Positions 12,441 through 28,399 are shown, counted from the first letter of the stretch. The stretch: DNA of 64,000 nt from Eledone cirrhosa (GCA_964016885.1 OZ024740.1:384400001-384464000); one strand, 5' to 3'. Notes: generated from the letters alone by a model not told the origin. Program-made: numbers and translations.

Positions 12441-15400
12441 TTTTACGAAGGAAGCGCATCAGAATTTGAATTGAAAGACGAGGAAGAGTGTGATGCTATT
12501 CGTTGTCATGAACCTTCTTCTACCTCTCTAGGTTCCGAACCACAAGTCGACCAATCTCTACGGGTTAATGTATGTTCCTTATGATGTCTCGTAGAGCTTT
12601 AGAAGGGACCGAAATCTTCTGTTGCCGTGGTTTCTGACACGACGGTGACGTCATCCGCATATGGAGAAAGGGCCATGGCGTATATTAATTCGATCAGGAT
12701 GTCAATGATAATAGCATTAATAATGTGGACATATCTTCTTTTTCAGTTTTCGTTTCTATATTCAATAACGTTGCGTTGTTACTCTAAACCAGTTCCGTTC
12801 ATGTTATATATACATTTTTATTCATCATCAAGTGTTGTTGCTAGAGAGATCAATACATGCCCCCATCATTCCTTCTTCCCCCATTCTCTCTCTCTCAGAT
12901 TCTCTGTCTATTTTTCTCAATGACAGAACTGTTTTTATGTAGTGAAGTCATTAGCTTCTTTCACAGGGGTCAATAAATTTATCAATTGCATTACTTGTTA
13001 AGCTAGTTTTTCTCTTATTGGCCATTTTTTATTGTGTTGTTTCCGTCCTTTGGTTTTTGTACATTTATTTGTTTATCTTTGTTATTAGCCTTTTTCCGCT
13101 TTATTTACTATCTTTTGTTTTCTTTCACAGTCCCTCATTCTTTCAACATTTCAGCCTTTTTCATTTTTGTTAAATTTTCTGCTGTCTCACTATTTTCATT
13201 TTGTTCCTAATTTCCATTTCTTTTCTTCCCTTTTCTCTTTTTGATTTTCTTTCATTCTGTTTTGTTTGTATTTCCCCTTCTATTTTTCATTCACTTTTAA
13301 ATGTCAATCTTTTATTTTCTTTCTCTATCTCAGTTTTTCAGAGATTAATTTGAATATGCACGCGCGCATGTGGTTATATGTACGTGTACGTGCGTGTGCG
13401 GGAGGACGTGGGCGTACTGGTGTATGTATTTACTTGTGCGTATGTGTGTACGTGTGCAGATTGGTGTGTCTATGTGCACGTATGCATGTTGGTTTCTGTG
13501 TGTATGTGTGTGCGTGTGTCAATAAATGTGAATAATTACAAATGGGGAATAATTTTTTTCTCAAATACTTGATTAATGCATATTTTTTTAATTCTAGTAT
13601 TCTGTTATTGCATTTCCGTTTCATTTTATTCAGTTTAGGGCAGCTGAGGGAAAAATAACATGCTATTTCGTTATATCGTTTTACGTTGTCAGTTCAAATC
13701 GTACGGAATTCAACTTTACTTTTCAAAATTTAGACCAATCGATTTCATAATGAGTAAGGTCCACAAAAAAACATCTTCAAATAATTTGTTACCACCCTTT
13801 ATATTCTTAGTCGATATTTCATTGGCGTCGACGCGATATTTCATTCTTTCAGGATCGAAAAAATAAATACCATTTAGATAATTGTTTTAAATAATACATT
13901 CCTCGCTCAAACATTAACTCTGTTAATCCACAACTCACCATTTAATTACGAAACTCTCTCATAAATTCTACGTCATTTGGATAAGAAAAGGTAGTCAATA
14001 TGATTCTCATGCATTTCACTGGGACATTCAAATCAGCCATTTGCCTATTGTTCTATAGCCTTTGGTATACTAACTTCATAGTGTTGATTTCTCACTTCGA
14101 AATCACAAATTCCTAGGAAAAGTGTAACATCACTGAAAAGAGTAACGTGAATGAAAAACAGACATAATGTGGGATGCTACTCAATGTTTTCTATACAATA
14201 TTATGAATCAGAATGTAGAATACCTATGGTACGGTAATGTGTTTGTCTCTATACCCATTATAACTTTCTACGAAAAGATATTGGCTTTGTGCTAGTAGCG
14301 GATAAATGGTAAACTGTAACATGCTTTATTTAAATATACAAATTGTGCACATAACAAGAATTTGCAGAACCTAGTAACAGACGTTGACGGAAATTTTACT
14401 GGTTCTTATTTAATCTAATCTACAAGAACAAGCAAACTACGCAGCTCCCACCAAATGCTGGTTGAAATTACCAGCTAGGCCTACCTCATAAAATACTTTA
14501 CTCTTTTTAGAAATGAAAGAACACATTAAGTAATGGAGTTCAAGAGACTCTAAACCTGAAAAGAAAACGGGACAACCACAGCTGTAATGTCTTTAATCAT
14601 AGGGCGGCAGAATCAGAGTTGACCTGGAGCTAGAAAATAAAATATTAACGATTTGCAGTGATGATTTCGAGCACAAATATATGACGCAAGAAAGTGTGTG
14701 TTTGACTTGCACAGTTCTGATGAGAAGTATCCAATGAAATTAAAGAGCAAGATCATTTCGCAGTCACATATTCTGAAGGTGTTTCAGCGCGCCACAGTGT
14801 GTGAAAAGTCTGTCAGCTAGAAATAAAGATACAACATAAATCCTTCCAGCTAACTGAATTCGAGACATATGAAATAATGTCTTAATGGAACACAACGCGC
14901 CGCCATAAACGAAATCTCGATGTTGCGATCATTAGCTATACTCCGTAACCATTAAGCCACGAGTGTTCACATGAGGAAATCCTTAACTTCATCCCACTGC
15001 TCATTATATTAAATCCACCATAAGGCCACATTTAGGACGGACAGGTATTATAATAAATTGAATCCTAACGATTCTTCAATACGTTTTTCGAACTTATATT
15101 ATCAATCACAGAAATATGAAATGTGACGTCAACTCAGAAATGATGATATGCAAAGTGTAACCCAATGTTATTTGAACAGAGATGGCTTTAATATTTCTAC
15201 CACTCTACCCCATCCCATTACAGACTTTATAATAGAAAATAACAAACGTGTTTTATTTTCCATGCATAATTCAAGAATTTGTTTATCAATCAATTTTTTT
15301 TAGATATATATTTATACTCTTTCTCTATAAGCTATTAAACCACATACCAGTAATTTATTAGAATAATAACACATATTTGTGAAGGATCATAGTAACCTTT

Positions 15401-15758
15401 ACTCTACATCCGACCACAAACGTATTCACATCAATATATGAGTGGAAAAATAGAAGAGTTTGGCAGTGACAGGTTAAGGCCAGTCTAATCAAAAATTCAC
15501 TATTTCTTTGACTGTTGTTAATTTATCATTAAAATTAACATATCGGGAGCTTTTTGTTCTATAATTCGCTTTCAAATCCATCGATGAATATTTTGTTTCA
15601 TGCATCTAATTATATTACATCGGTGATTTTCTATTTCCCTTTAGTGAAGTGGAGAAGAAGTTAGAAATCTAAATTTGATGCATAAATGTATGCAAGATCG
15701 ATACCACAACGTTCTGAATTGTTTTTGTTGTCGTTGTTATTTTTGTTACTATTATTAC

Positions 15759-15938
15759 GATTGGCAGTATCGGTAGAGGGTCGGACGCCATGCTTTGACG
15801 CATAGAGTTACCGCCCTCGCCATTCTGAGTTCAAATCCCGCCGAGGTTAACTTTGCCTTTCATCCTTACGGGGTCGATAAAATAAAGTACCAGTAATGCA
15901 CTGGTTAATTGCTGGCCATGTGCCAAAACGTAGAAACA
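15759..15938 (+). mobile_element. tRNA-SINE (main family)
   Basis: Same sequence as 149-337; TSD ATTATTAC at 15751-15758 and 15939-15946. Confidence 0.9.
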
Positions 15939-16421
15939 ATTATTACATGGAGAGACATGTGACGTGTCATTTCTTTTTCTCTTTTTTAAACAAATATAGG
16001 TGATGGGAAAACCTTTCTGTTTTAGTTGTTTTCAGTGGAGTATCCTCAGGAACATTTGTGGATATCTTCAGAGATTTGAAACATTAATTCATTTGTTAAC
16101 ATCTAACCTATTATGTCTTCTACTAACTACAGAGACATCGCTCCAACTCACTTGAACATAAAATCAAAGAAACCAAATAAAACACGAATAAAATTTAATG
16201 ACACAGTAAAAGGTAAACGTATTATTATAAAGAAAACAAGTAATGAGTCTTTTACAGAAAACTCTAACATAAAGCAGACATTCTTAATATAGTAAACAAC
16301 AAATCAAGACACGTACGTTGTAAAATAAAGAAGAAATTGCAAGTTCTAATTTCTCTGTGGCAATAGCAACATGCAAGTTTTACATGTGAGTAGACGACAT
16401 GAGAAGACATCGACTTGACAA

Positions 16422-17282
16422 TCTATATATCTAAAACATAGAATGTCTGTCTGTCTGTCCCCCTAAAACTCGAGAACCGCCCAGCCGACTTTTTCAAACT
16501 TTACACATGTAATACTTATGGTCGTGTGAGAGTTTTGGGCAAAGAATGTTTCAAATGTTCAATGCCGTAGGGACCGCATTAGGCGAAATATCTCATATTT
16601 TAGGCTTTAAAGGCTTTTTGGGGCATAAGGAACAATAATCCTGGCGATTTCTTCAACATTTGCATTACTTATGTCGTTTAAAGTATTTTGAGCAAAAAAG
16701 ATTTTCTCATGTTTTGCCCCAGGGACCACATTAGGCGAAAAACCGATTTTTAAAAGCATTTTGGTTGCGTTAGGGCCTGTAACTCGAGAAGTACCCAACC
16801 GATCTTTTTTTAACTTTGCATATGCATTAATTATGTTTCACAAAATTTCTTCACTGAAAAAGATTTCAAATTCTTGCCCGGAGACCGCATTGTTTAGCAT
16901 TTTGGTTGCGTTAGGGCCCGTAACCTTAAAAGTATTCAACTAAATTCCTTCATGCTATCCACCACCACAGTCTCACATGCTTACTGCTCTGTAACTATTA
17001 TTATAGTTTTGCAACATAGCATAACAAATACATGTTCGGTTTGTCGAATGCCTGTTTACTTAGCCCTATCGTCTTGGCTTTCGTGGGTTGAACATTTTAC
17101 TCTCAGGCGCCCAATTAAGTTAAACCCCTGGTAATCTACGAAGAATTTTTTTTATAAGCACAACATGTAGACACCATCCTCAGGCCGAGGTATTCCGTAC
17201 TTCTCTGTACTCTTTCAGAAAGGAGGGATAAACATGCCAATCTAGGTTTAGAATCCCGAGCAAAACCGGGCCATTCTGCTAG
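16422..17282 (+). mobile_element. Non-autonomous Helitron
   Basis: Inserted between A and T. 5' TCTATATATCTAAAA followed by (GTCT)n. 3' GC-rich hairpin CCCG..CGGG (17255-17270), 8-nt spacer, terminal CTAG. Internal tandem subrepeats (AGGGACC.CATTAGGCGAAA; AGCATTTTGGTTGCGTTAGGGCC). Confidence 0.8.
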
Positions 17283-20200
17283 TATTTTGTAACCAAGAAA
17301 AAAGCCTCTTTGCCTAAATTTCTATATCCATAAAAGACAAAAAAGAAAATTTACCTACTTAGGCATAAACAAATATAGAACGTTTTCCTCTTGGTCTCAT
17401 AGAATGAATTAAATGTAGCTCCGGTCAATGTTAGTAGGACACAGGACTTGAACGGGGTTTGGCAATTAAAAATGCCGTTGGAAACGGCGGAAAAAAAGAT
17501 GCACAAGAAAAAAATGTCAACGCTGAGGTGGTATGTAGAGCCGGGAAAATGAGATTGCTTCATCATCTGGAGTAAACCAGTATTGAGAGGAATATTTACT
17601 CCTCGGCGACCAGGAAGTTCAATATCCTCGCTAGGTTCTCGTTCTTTTTTGGGTAGGTCGCCCATTTAATATATATATGTTTTGTAAATTATAATTCTTC
17701 CAACTTATTGGGGCTTTTTTATATAAGTATATCTTCGTCGTAGTTTAATTTCTATGACATGTTTTACGTTTCCTTATATATATTGTATATTCTTTCTTTA
17801 ATGTTTATATCTATTTGTCTATCCCAAACATGATTGGCAGCACTATCTATAACACTTTATTTTAACTATGTAGGGATATTGGTAGTAATGATGAAAATAT
17901 TATTACTATCTTTATTATTTGTATTTTTCCTCTTTCTTCAGTTTTGTTTCTATTTCTTGCGGAGTCTTTTCTCGACACTTGGGGCAAAGAATCTTACTGC
18001 ATATATTGATAATCCACAACATCAATACACCTGATTGTTCACATCATGCACCTTACACAGTTACAGGTATATTATTTGCATTAAACGACTATATTATCCA
18101 TTTAAAATATTTACAACAGAATGATATTCAATCATATGAGAGTGATCTATTTACTAATTACATTTGGAAAATAAACTAATACAATTAAGTAAAAGAAATA
18201 TAGATGATTATGTTTCTCACAGCAATAGATCTTTTCGCAATACGCGTGCCGTACAAGGCAAAACAATATTTTGCACTTCTTGCAGAGATTGTAAGCCAGA
18301 GATCACCATAAAATAACTTTCTGTTCCTGTTTTTATCATTGCTAGTGCCCATACAATCATAGATATTGTAACCATCTTCAGATGCCACACTTTGTTATTT
18401 AATTGCAATCGGCAAGTCTTTATATATTTCTGAGATTGTTAAATTCGTTTGCAATATTGTGATCACATGGGATGCTCATAGCAATCAATACACATACTTT
18501 GTTATTTTCGTCTTTTCTAATAACATCCGTTCTGTTAGCTTTAATGCTTCTGTCTATATACAGGAAAGTTCCAAAGAATTATTACGTTTTCTCCCTCAGT
18601 TACAGCCTCAGGATAATGATTATATCACTTGTCAGCAGATTTGATTTCATAATACCGACATAGTAAGCAGTGTAGATATTGGCCAACTCTGATATGCCTT
18701 GATATATAGTCTACTGCCTCTAAATCCCAAATTATTATTATTAATATTGTTATTGGTAGTCGTCAAAAAATGTGTTTGTTTGGAGGCTCCGTAAGTTTGT
18801 AAATTTGAGTTTTCTTTTTATTGTATTTGATTGTTTCCTGAAAAGGTTTCATAGGACTTTAGTCTGTGCTCTGTGGAAAAGGATATTTTATAATAGTTGG
18901 GCCTTTAGGCCCAAATATTTGAACATTGTACGTTTTTTGCTTCTCTTGTTTTAACAAATGGATGAGACATGCACCCTAACATTAAGTCTGCCGTCTCGCT
19001 AAAAGAAGGACATGCTTTATCATGGACCGTACATCAACAGAGAAAAAATGAGCATAGGCATGGACGCTCATTAAACAAGAGCAAACAGGGCCAGCTTAAC
19101 CGTCCCGGTTGAGGGCATAGAAGCGGTGGATAGGAGAACAGTCTTTAGATGCATGTCAGTAGATACTAAATAAAGCGACCAACACTCACCAAGAAAAAGT
19201 CTAAGCTGCACTAAGGTGCATCAGAGATGGCACTGAATACATAGCGAGGGGCAGACAATATGGTACTATCTCGGTGCAGTTTAGATCAGAAGCCCTTGCC
19301 GTGAAACACTCAGTAACCACTTGCATAAGAAGCAAGCTCATTATGTACCCTCTCTCGTGGGAAAAAGAACTGTGTTGACTCCTGTGGTATCTGCTCGGTG
19401 ATAGAAATTAATGGTAATCTTTCGGAACTGTTTCAGATCTCCCGCTCCGTCCGTCATGGGTGACATCTCTCCTCCTTTCTGTACGCGCCTTTCTGACTCT
19501 CGCGCCTTATTAATGCAGGGCATCACCATGATGGCGTCAAACACCTTGGATATCGAGGTGGTCGGCAATATCTTGGAGGAATATGAAAGATTTACGGCAG
19601 CAAACTATTTTGCGGTATTTGTAGATACATATTTGGTTCTGTATTCAAATTCTTCTGATGTCAGAATTATGTCAGAATTATGCTCGCTTTCATCGACTTT
19701 CCCTTCTCAGAAGAAAGTAAGATATCGTGTTAAAAAATGTAACCCATATTTATATCACGTTACTCTTCCCATCGTGTATCGATACCTCACCGTATTTTCG
19801 GTTATGAATGCAAATAATTTAAATTCAATAATATTTATACGAATATATTCGTATAAATATTATATCTATAAATATTATATCTATACTCGTTACGTTTCCA
19901 TATTCCTCTCTTTATTATACCAAGTTATAATGCACGTATCTAGACTCTTTCCAATAATTCCACTTCTACAAAACTTCAGTCTCAACTAGTGTGTTATGGC
20001 AACTACCAGACATTAACAATTATAATTAGTCGATAATTCATTAACGTCGGCATATTTGTCAGAAATGTTGATGAGTAAATTAAACTACTTATTCATTTTC
20101 AAATAAATATACATAAATAAAACAATCACCTATTTGGAGTCTATCACAAGCAGCACTTGTTTCATCACCTAGGAGAGAAATAAGATTTTAGGTACATATC

Positions 20201-20468
20201 AATAAATTCTTGCATCACACTTTACATGATGTAATGTATGCTGTGAATGTAAATATGACTAGCTTTATCTCATATTATTTTGTGTTTAAACATAGTTTGA
20301 TAAGAGCACGTTAAATGAACACTTGTGATTTAGAATGCTCACACTTTTACGTTACTCTGACTCAAGATTTATAACTGTACGTGTCATGTTATAACACTTT
20401 CAATATGCACAGAATGTTGTGGTACTTTAGCTAAAAATAACAGCTTCATTATACATTTTGCCCGAATT

Positions 20469-20658
20469 TAATTGTTTCTACTTTTGGCAAAAGGCCAGCA
20501 ATTATCCCACTGCAATACTGGTGCTTTATTTATCGACCCCTTAAGGGTGAAAGGCAAAGTTAACATCGGCGGGATTAGAACTCACCCCATAAGGGGCTGT
20601 AACTCTATGCTGAAAAGCATGGTGTCCGGCTCTCTACCGATACTGCCGATCCACCGAC
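20469..20658 (-). mobile_element. tRNA-SINE (main family, diverged)
   Basis: Reverse complement of the 149-337 sequence. Confidence 0.88.
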
Positions 20659-21932
20659 ACATTTAATTAAATCGAGTTCTGTCTGTGTAGGTACACTTAG
20701 ATTTGTCGGAAGTAGGTAATGAAATGACATAATCTGGACCGGAGCTATAACGAAGGATTTAGTGTTTCATGACCTCTCTTCTGACCCATATCGTTTCTGA
20801 AGAAAATACTTACCTGTAGGCGCAATTGACTATAACTTCTCCTGCTCTGCTTTCGAATGCCTGACCACCATTTTAACTTTGATCTTAACTTTTGTCAATT
20901 TAGAAGGTGTTGAACAATAGATTTGCCACACGTCTGGATATATAATGAGAAATTCGCTACATCAACACGTGGTGTCAGTTTTGATGCATATGTACACACG
21001 CACAACTTTCTCTCTCCTCCTCTTTCTCTCACTCTCCTCTCTCTAACACACACACTTTCACTCTCTACCATTTGTTGATTCATATAATTAGTCTATACAT
21101 TCTTTCCTTTTCTTTACATTTTCCTATATGGTAATGTATTAAACTTGTACATGAATATGATTCGCCCAGGAGATAAATTAAAAACGAAACATGATTATTG
21201 CTTTCAATAAGTAATATAAATGCTACTAGTGAATTGCTTGTTTTGGTTCATTCCATTATGCCTGTACAAATATAAACCTACAATTGTATGTGCCTTCTGG
21301 TAATATGACTAAATAGAACAACATAAGTATCTTGTATCTCAATGAATAGGAGTTTTGTTCCATCTACTTTCTAAAGATAAATTGGGAATATTACCTTAAT
21401 TTGTGGTGGCTGAAAAGAAATGAAGAGAAGAAAATTAAGATTCCATATGTTAATGATTTTGTCATGTCATACAACTAAATGTCATTAAAATAATGTCTCC
21501 GGACATACCTCTTTTAATGGATATCGAGATATTACACTGGATATGCATCTAGATAGTCATTAATAGAGAATCGATTTGCTTTGTTTGTCGCGCTTATAGT
21601 TTTATTCCTCTTGTGATTCTTTATTATTTATTTTTAGCTTCCTTGTGTATGCTTATGTGTGTTTGATTTGGTATTTCTACATTTTCTAGATAATTATGTA
21701 TACGTGCAGAGAAAATTATTTATATTATCATATTAACTAGACCTTATCCAATAAACAATACAGTTAGGTTTACATCTCTATTAATTTCTATGCATATGAT
21801 TTGCAGATAGATATAGATATATAATGTATGAATATATATAATGCATTTCGAGATTAATAAAGACAAACACTATGAGCAATTACGCAGTCTCATTAGTTTC
21901 ATGCTATTGGGAAACTTGCATCATCAATCAAT

Positions 21933-22060
21933 ATTTGTTTCTACTTTAGGCACAAGGCCAGCAATTACCCAGTTCATTACTGGTACTTTATTTTATCGAC
22001 CCCGTAAGGATGAAAGGCAAAGTCAACCGAGGCGGGATTTGAACTCAGATCGTAAAGGGT
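21933..22060 (-). mobile_element. tRNA-SINE (main family, 5'-truncated)
   Basis: Reverse complement of the SINE from the B-box region to the 3' tail. Confidence 0.87.
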
Positions 22061-25000
22061 ACAAACGAGATAGTAGTAATTGCTGAATAGTTATTTCCTT
22101 CGTTGCAGAACGTGGTCCCGACTCGGTGGCCACTTTGAACGAAAAGAAATCGAGACACTAATAAAAGAAAATGAATTAGAAATCGTTTGGGACGTGTTAA
22201 ATTATCTTTCAAGTTGAAGGTTCCTCCACAAAACATAACTGCGTAGTAAACAAAGACTGACTCAACATGTTCATCATATATGTTTTATTGTGTCCGTACA
22301 CAAAAACAACAGATTGCCCACACATATTTCAGGACTAATTGTATTTGCATTTATGTACAGAATGATAAAGGGCTTGTCGTATGATAAACGGTAAATTAAC
22401 CGTGACACATATATACAGGTAAGCACCAAGTTTCATGAACCTCTGATGAAGAGTATGAAGACCCTCATTAACAGACCTAAACTGCTAGCCCACATAGTTG
22501 ATATATCTATTTATGTCCCTTGACAAGTCTACCATTATAATGACCTCTTCTCCTTAAAGCCTCCACCATTCAAACGCTCTTCTTTACTGCTCTCTCCTCT
22601 AATTACCAATATTTATTCCAGACACGAGGATCCGTATTAATCACAATTCTCAATTCCTCTTCCTGAGAATGTCGACTCTTTGGAATTTGTTACTTGCAAA
22701 CGTTATTCCTACATACGTGAAATTTCATCTGATAAGAGGAAAGTTATTTTGTTAATCTTACTTATATCTGAGGGATATCGAAGGCCATGGACACAATTTC
22801 GTTTCCTAAACGAAACGATTAAAATGAAAATATCCCTCCTGTATAAAAAAAAAAATAGGATTCTCAGAAAGAAATACACAGATGTTGGTCTAGTTAAAAT
22901 GTTTGCTCTCAACAGGAATGATCTGAACTCAGCACTCCACATCATCATGACAATAGGTAATTATTATGCGATGCTTCTGCTTTTAATGACGGTGCAGCGT
23001 ATTTAGAGTTAGTGGGAATTGCGTGTCTTCGCCGGACACAATACATTAAGAGACACCTGATGTTAAATAAAAGTGAGTTACATCACAAATAAATAGAATC
23101 GTAACGAAATGATGAATGACGAAAGGAGATCAGGAATGAGGGAATTATGGAAATAAGAAGAGAGCAAAATAGGAAAGAAAGATGGACTAAATGAAGAATA
23201 GAATATTTCTATAATATATTTAAGTCTCGTTAAGAACATGGTAGCAAATTGGCAGTGACGTTAAGGTCATCGTTATTTGCCTTTGAACCTTTCGCGTTCC
23301 ATACATAAAATACAAGTTCAGTACTGGAAATCGATTCTTTCATTCACTGGAAGAAATCGATTGTATTCCGACATGGAAAAGGATGGGCCATGATACAACA
23401 TGTGTCAGGACGACACCCCTTCGATTTCTTCAGGAATTAAAAACCATTTATTTTATCTCGGACAACTAGCGAAATGTTAATGATCTGAATATGCTGTATT
23501 TACCCAGGAACATTGTGTTTGAATAAGTAAAGGGGCCGCGAAAAATATTAGTTTATATGACGTACATTTTCTAGTAGATGATATAAATGATGAATCAACA
23601 GTGAATAGTTTCTTCTTTACTCAAGAAGATTCAAATAGATACAAATGGGATAACAAATGACAGGAAAGTTGCAAATACTGGAAATGAAGTTTCTGACTGT
23701 ATATCATGACAAAAAAGCAGCACACGCAGCTATTACCGGAAATACCTACGTGGATGTCCAATCTGTTAACTATAATAGTTGAATCATCCTGGAATCTTAC
23801 TCTTACATTCTTAAAAAGTACACACTAGGTAATGAAGCCATAGATATTCTATGATTTTCAAAGTTCGGATACCTTTGACCATAGGTGTACTTGGCCAGAG
23901 CCGTCTTGAGACTAAACAACAACAGCACCACCCCCAACATCAATAACAACAACGACAACAACAATGCCAAAGACACCTGCAACCATACACACCTCCGTTT
24001 ACATACAAACATACACATACATTTATGCGCGTGGTCTGTGTTTTTACTTTAGATGTATCACATCGGCAATACTTTTTATTTTGTAATATATACACTTTTT
24101 AAGTGTTTTCAATATACCCCCCCCCCCCCCCAAAAAAAAAAAATAATATGCAAAACAAAGAAGAAGACAGAAAGAAGGAACAAAAAACATCTAGAAACGC
24201 AACTCTACACCCCATGACGTATATTTTTGCAAGGGCAATATCAATATAGGTCAAATAAAAAGAAACTTTCCATTATTGGAATTGAAATCGCGAACTAGTG
24301 TACGTTTGCCAACAAAGTAATTCTACTTTAAGAATTACATCTGATCTATATGCATTATAACAAATCAAATAAGTTATAGAAAACATGCAGATAAACAACA
24401 AAGTAAGAGAAACCAACAAAATATATATAAAAAGAGTGAAAAGAATGTATTCGAAAAATGGAGGCCAAATGTTTCCAATATACAAATGTCAAACTGAACG
24501 TTATGTACAAATGTACATCTGAACATAATGTACAGCTGAACCTAATGTACAAATGAATATAATGAATGAACAGCTGTAAAAAAAATATGCAATATTAAAC
24601 AAGAACAGATTCTCAATATTTCTATATTTATACGGTAATAGTTGAACAACTCTCCTACAAAACGAACATATCAAATAGTTATTATATTAATATTGAAATA
24701 TTGAAGTCAGCTGCAGACTGGAAACATAAATAACGTGCATAGAAAAAGGACATATTATCACATACTTGCTTTTCAAAGGACATTAACAACGTAAGTCAAG
24801 AGAACTTGCATGAATTGAAAATCGAAACTATGCGCTATTTTGACTCTTTTGAAGCCTGGTTCAAACAAGAAAAATGATGCCATTGAAACTGCTCGAAATA
24901 TTACACTATATTTATAATTATAGTCTTTTACATTAAACTCTCTGTTATGATTCTACACTCCAGCACAAATATCTGGGGTCCATCAATGATCGTGTCCGTT

Positions 25001-26261
25001 ATGTCTGGAAACCAGTATTTCAATAAAAATTCAGCAAAGATAAATTACTGTAAATGATGCATTCCGAATCATCACAGAATATTAGCACTGAAAACCACTT
25101 ACAGAACGAATCAAACATACTCAAAATAAAAGTGGAATATGATTTAGAGGTAATGGTTTACTGCCAGGTCATGTTCAAACCAACGTATCCCACCTCCTAG
25201 ACGTACAATCTCTTTGAATGACCCAAACATATATAAAACACCACAGCAGAAATATATGAGTCAACAACCGACCGACCTTCTACATGGTGTTAATACATAC
25301 TAGAAACAGATGACAATTCTCGCTCAACCTATTATAATTATGACTTTAGTATATTTATGACTTTAGTACCTTTAAAACAGTAAAATGTGGACATTCGATA
25401 TATACCATACTTGAAAAAATACATCATATTCACGACTGAACGCGCTCAAGTCTGCTGGTACACAACAACAGCAAGAACCAATAGTATAATTATGACACCG
25501 TATTTGGAAAACTGCCTCTCCCTTTCACTTCACACGAATTCATACACAAATAGAAGCAGTAACAAAAAAGTGCAAAGTGCACACGACCATATGTATCTGA
25601 TGCATTAAGCTGGGACAGGAGCAAAAGAACAAAAATTGCCGTGATTGAGTATAATTGTTTCATTATTTTATGCGTTGCAATCCTTTAAATCTATAGGCAA
25701 ATAGAATCAAACCTGGCCGTGAAAACCATAGTTAAAGTTCGCATTGCTCCAAAGTGCAAAATGTATGTTTCAAATAGTATGTAAGAAGTTATATACCCAC
25801 TCACGAACACATAAAATCTCTTGTTCTGTTTTATCTGTATACCAGCTTCATACATATCGAAGATTCTGTTGCGTGGCTAGCCTTAAATAAGCGATACTTC
25901 CTTTTATCGCTCGTAATCCCGTGGGTAGCAGGAAGCTCACGAGGTGATTACGACGCTATAGTTCTTTACGTACTTACGTTCTTACTCTTTTCTCCATGTC
26001 AATTCTTTATTCTCCATCGGTCTCATTACCTCTTTTCTTTTCTCTCCTTATAACTATCCCGGGCTCTCATCATATGCTTTACACTCCATTCCTTTCGTTC
26101 TTTCTCTGCTTCTTTGACCGGCTTTCGGTTGATATGAGTTTATATTTTAACCCGACCACTTTTTATTCATAATAGTAGCTGTGTTTTTTTTTCAGCTATG
26201 TCTTCGTTTGAGATTCCTACAAGTTTATGAAACTTTATACACACTCATCGTTCCAATGTAT

Positions 26262-26316
<55 letters not shown>

Positions 26317-27149
26317 GTGTGTGTGTGTGCGTGTGTGCTGTATAGAGAAAGAAGGTTGAATACTTTGTGAGTGCATTAACAGTAAATATATTTAAAACAC
26401 TTCATGATTCCAAAGTCCTCAAGATGAAGAGTAATAAACAGTCAAACGTTTAATCCAATGTGTAAATTCCCATTACAGATGTGCTATAATTTAGTAGAGC
26501 ATATGTATAAAAAACAAATATTAAGGCATCGAAGTAATAGACACGACCATTTCTCTTGACTAACGAGGAATGAAAGAAAATTCATTACTTGAGGAATAAC
26601 TCATGGGATTTCAAGTAAATTAATATAATTCAACTTACATATTTTATATACTAGTGAAAGTGATGTTTTGACTTCGCAAGTTATTTTGTAAATAATGATG
26701 TTTACAAATGTATTAGAAAAAGCATTAAAATAATGGAAGTATTAAAATGGTAATTATTATTTGTAAATTGCATAACATTTATGTTCAGTAACTATAAATG
26801 TTTTCACTAACTATATTACATAATTACAAAGAAGATAGCCTACGCTAAATATATTAAGCTAGGGTTAAACCAGTGGGAATCAAAAGGTATATTGTCATTT
26901 CATTAGTGAAGTTGAGAAAATATTACTTTTAAATTATATAAAAAAAAAATGTTAAAAGTTTATAGTAGCATATAACAGTAATTAACTACATCAATAATTG
27001 AATATGAATCTTCAGTGACTCAAAACATATCACTAACGAAATTATATCAGTACCAGGAAATAATATACGATAAATATAGAGATATGAATGTAATATAGGC
27101 GTGGTTATAATTATATGATAAATAAATAGAGAATAAACAGTGTAAAATA

Positions 27150-27490
<341 letters not shown>

Positions 27491-28399
27491 TATACAGACA
27501 ATTGCAAACAGGTACAGGTAGATATATATATAAGTGCGTATGATTGTGTGTGTGTTTGTATTCGTACGTGCGTTCGTGCATGAAAGTTAAAAACATAGGA
27601 ATTAAAAATGTGGGTCCTATAAGAAATTGGTAAGCAAAATGATTATAAACGATTATTTAACATAAAAATGAGGATTTAAAAGTTATATGAAACACAGTTC
27701 TAAGTGTTACTTAAATGCTTCAGCATTTGGATGATGGAGAGAACTGTGTCGAAACATTTGTAAGAAGAACGAGTAAAATATTTTATGTAGACATGAATAT
27801 ATTATTGACGTTTTTGAAGTGATGGTTTCTAGGCATTAGTTAACCAAATATTGCATTTAGTTCTACTCCCACCAAAAGGGTTTGTAGAATTATTAAGAGA
27901 ATATCTCACGTTATTGCTTTCAAAACACCACATAGCTTGAGAAAGTAGTCTCTTAATTTTCCATTCTCAAATGTATTTAAATGCGAATAAAATTTAAATG
28001 CGAATAAAATTAACGTTATTCCTAGTGATGCTATATGGTATGAGCGGCAACTTTACACTTGTATTTAACATTACTCTTGGGGTTATTGGCCCTACGTGGG
28101 AAAGAGTAAGGGACCATAGCAATGCAATTAGAGTTTGCAGTGTTAGAATCTTGAGGTTTGTTTAATTCATCATTTTAGTTAGATATAACATTATTTATAC
28201 GAGACAACCTTAGTGTGTTATAGCCATCATTAATATGTTTTTTTCCAGTACATCAAACGATAATCATGGTATATTTGATGATAGTTGTATCCCATAAGTG
28301 TACTTAATCTATTTTCCGCGTATTATTCCTTTTGTTAAATTGTTGATTACGTGAATCATCGGCAGTTTCAAGCATATGATTGCGGATTACGAGGAGTTA

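Noticed and set aside
17351-17665. 104-aa minus-strand ORF (MGDLPKKEREP...)
   Set aside because: No recognisable homology or supporting splice structure.
19341-19989. 192-aa ORF and antisense ORF with PTTSISKVFDAIM
   Set aside because: No recognisable domain. The antisense motif only faintly resembles a LINE RT motif and is too short to call.
23240-23345. Very old SINE-like remnants (also ~13640-13760, ~46650-46760, ~14440-14640, ~50470-50760)
   Set aside because: Probably repeats, but too decayed to delimit or classify reliably by eye.
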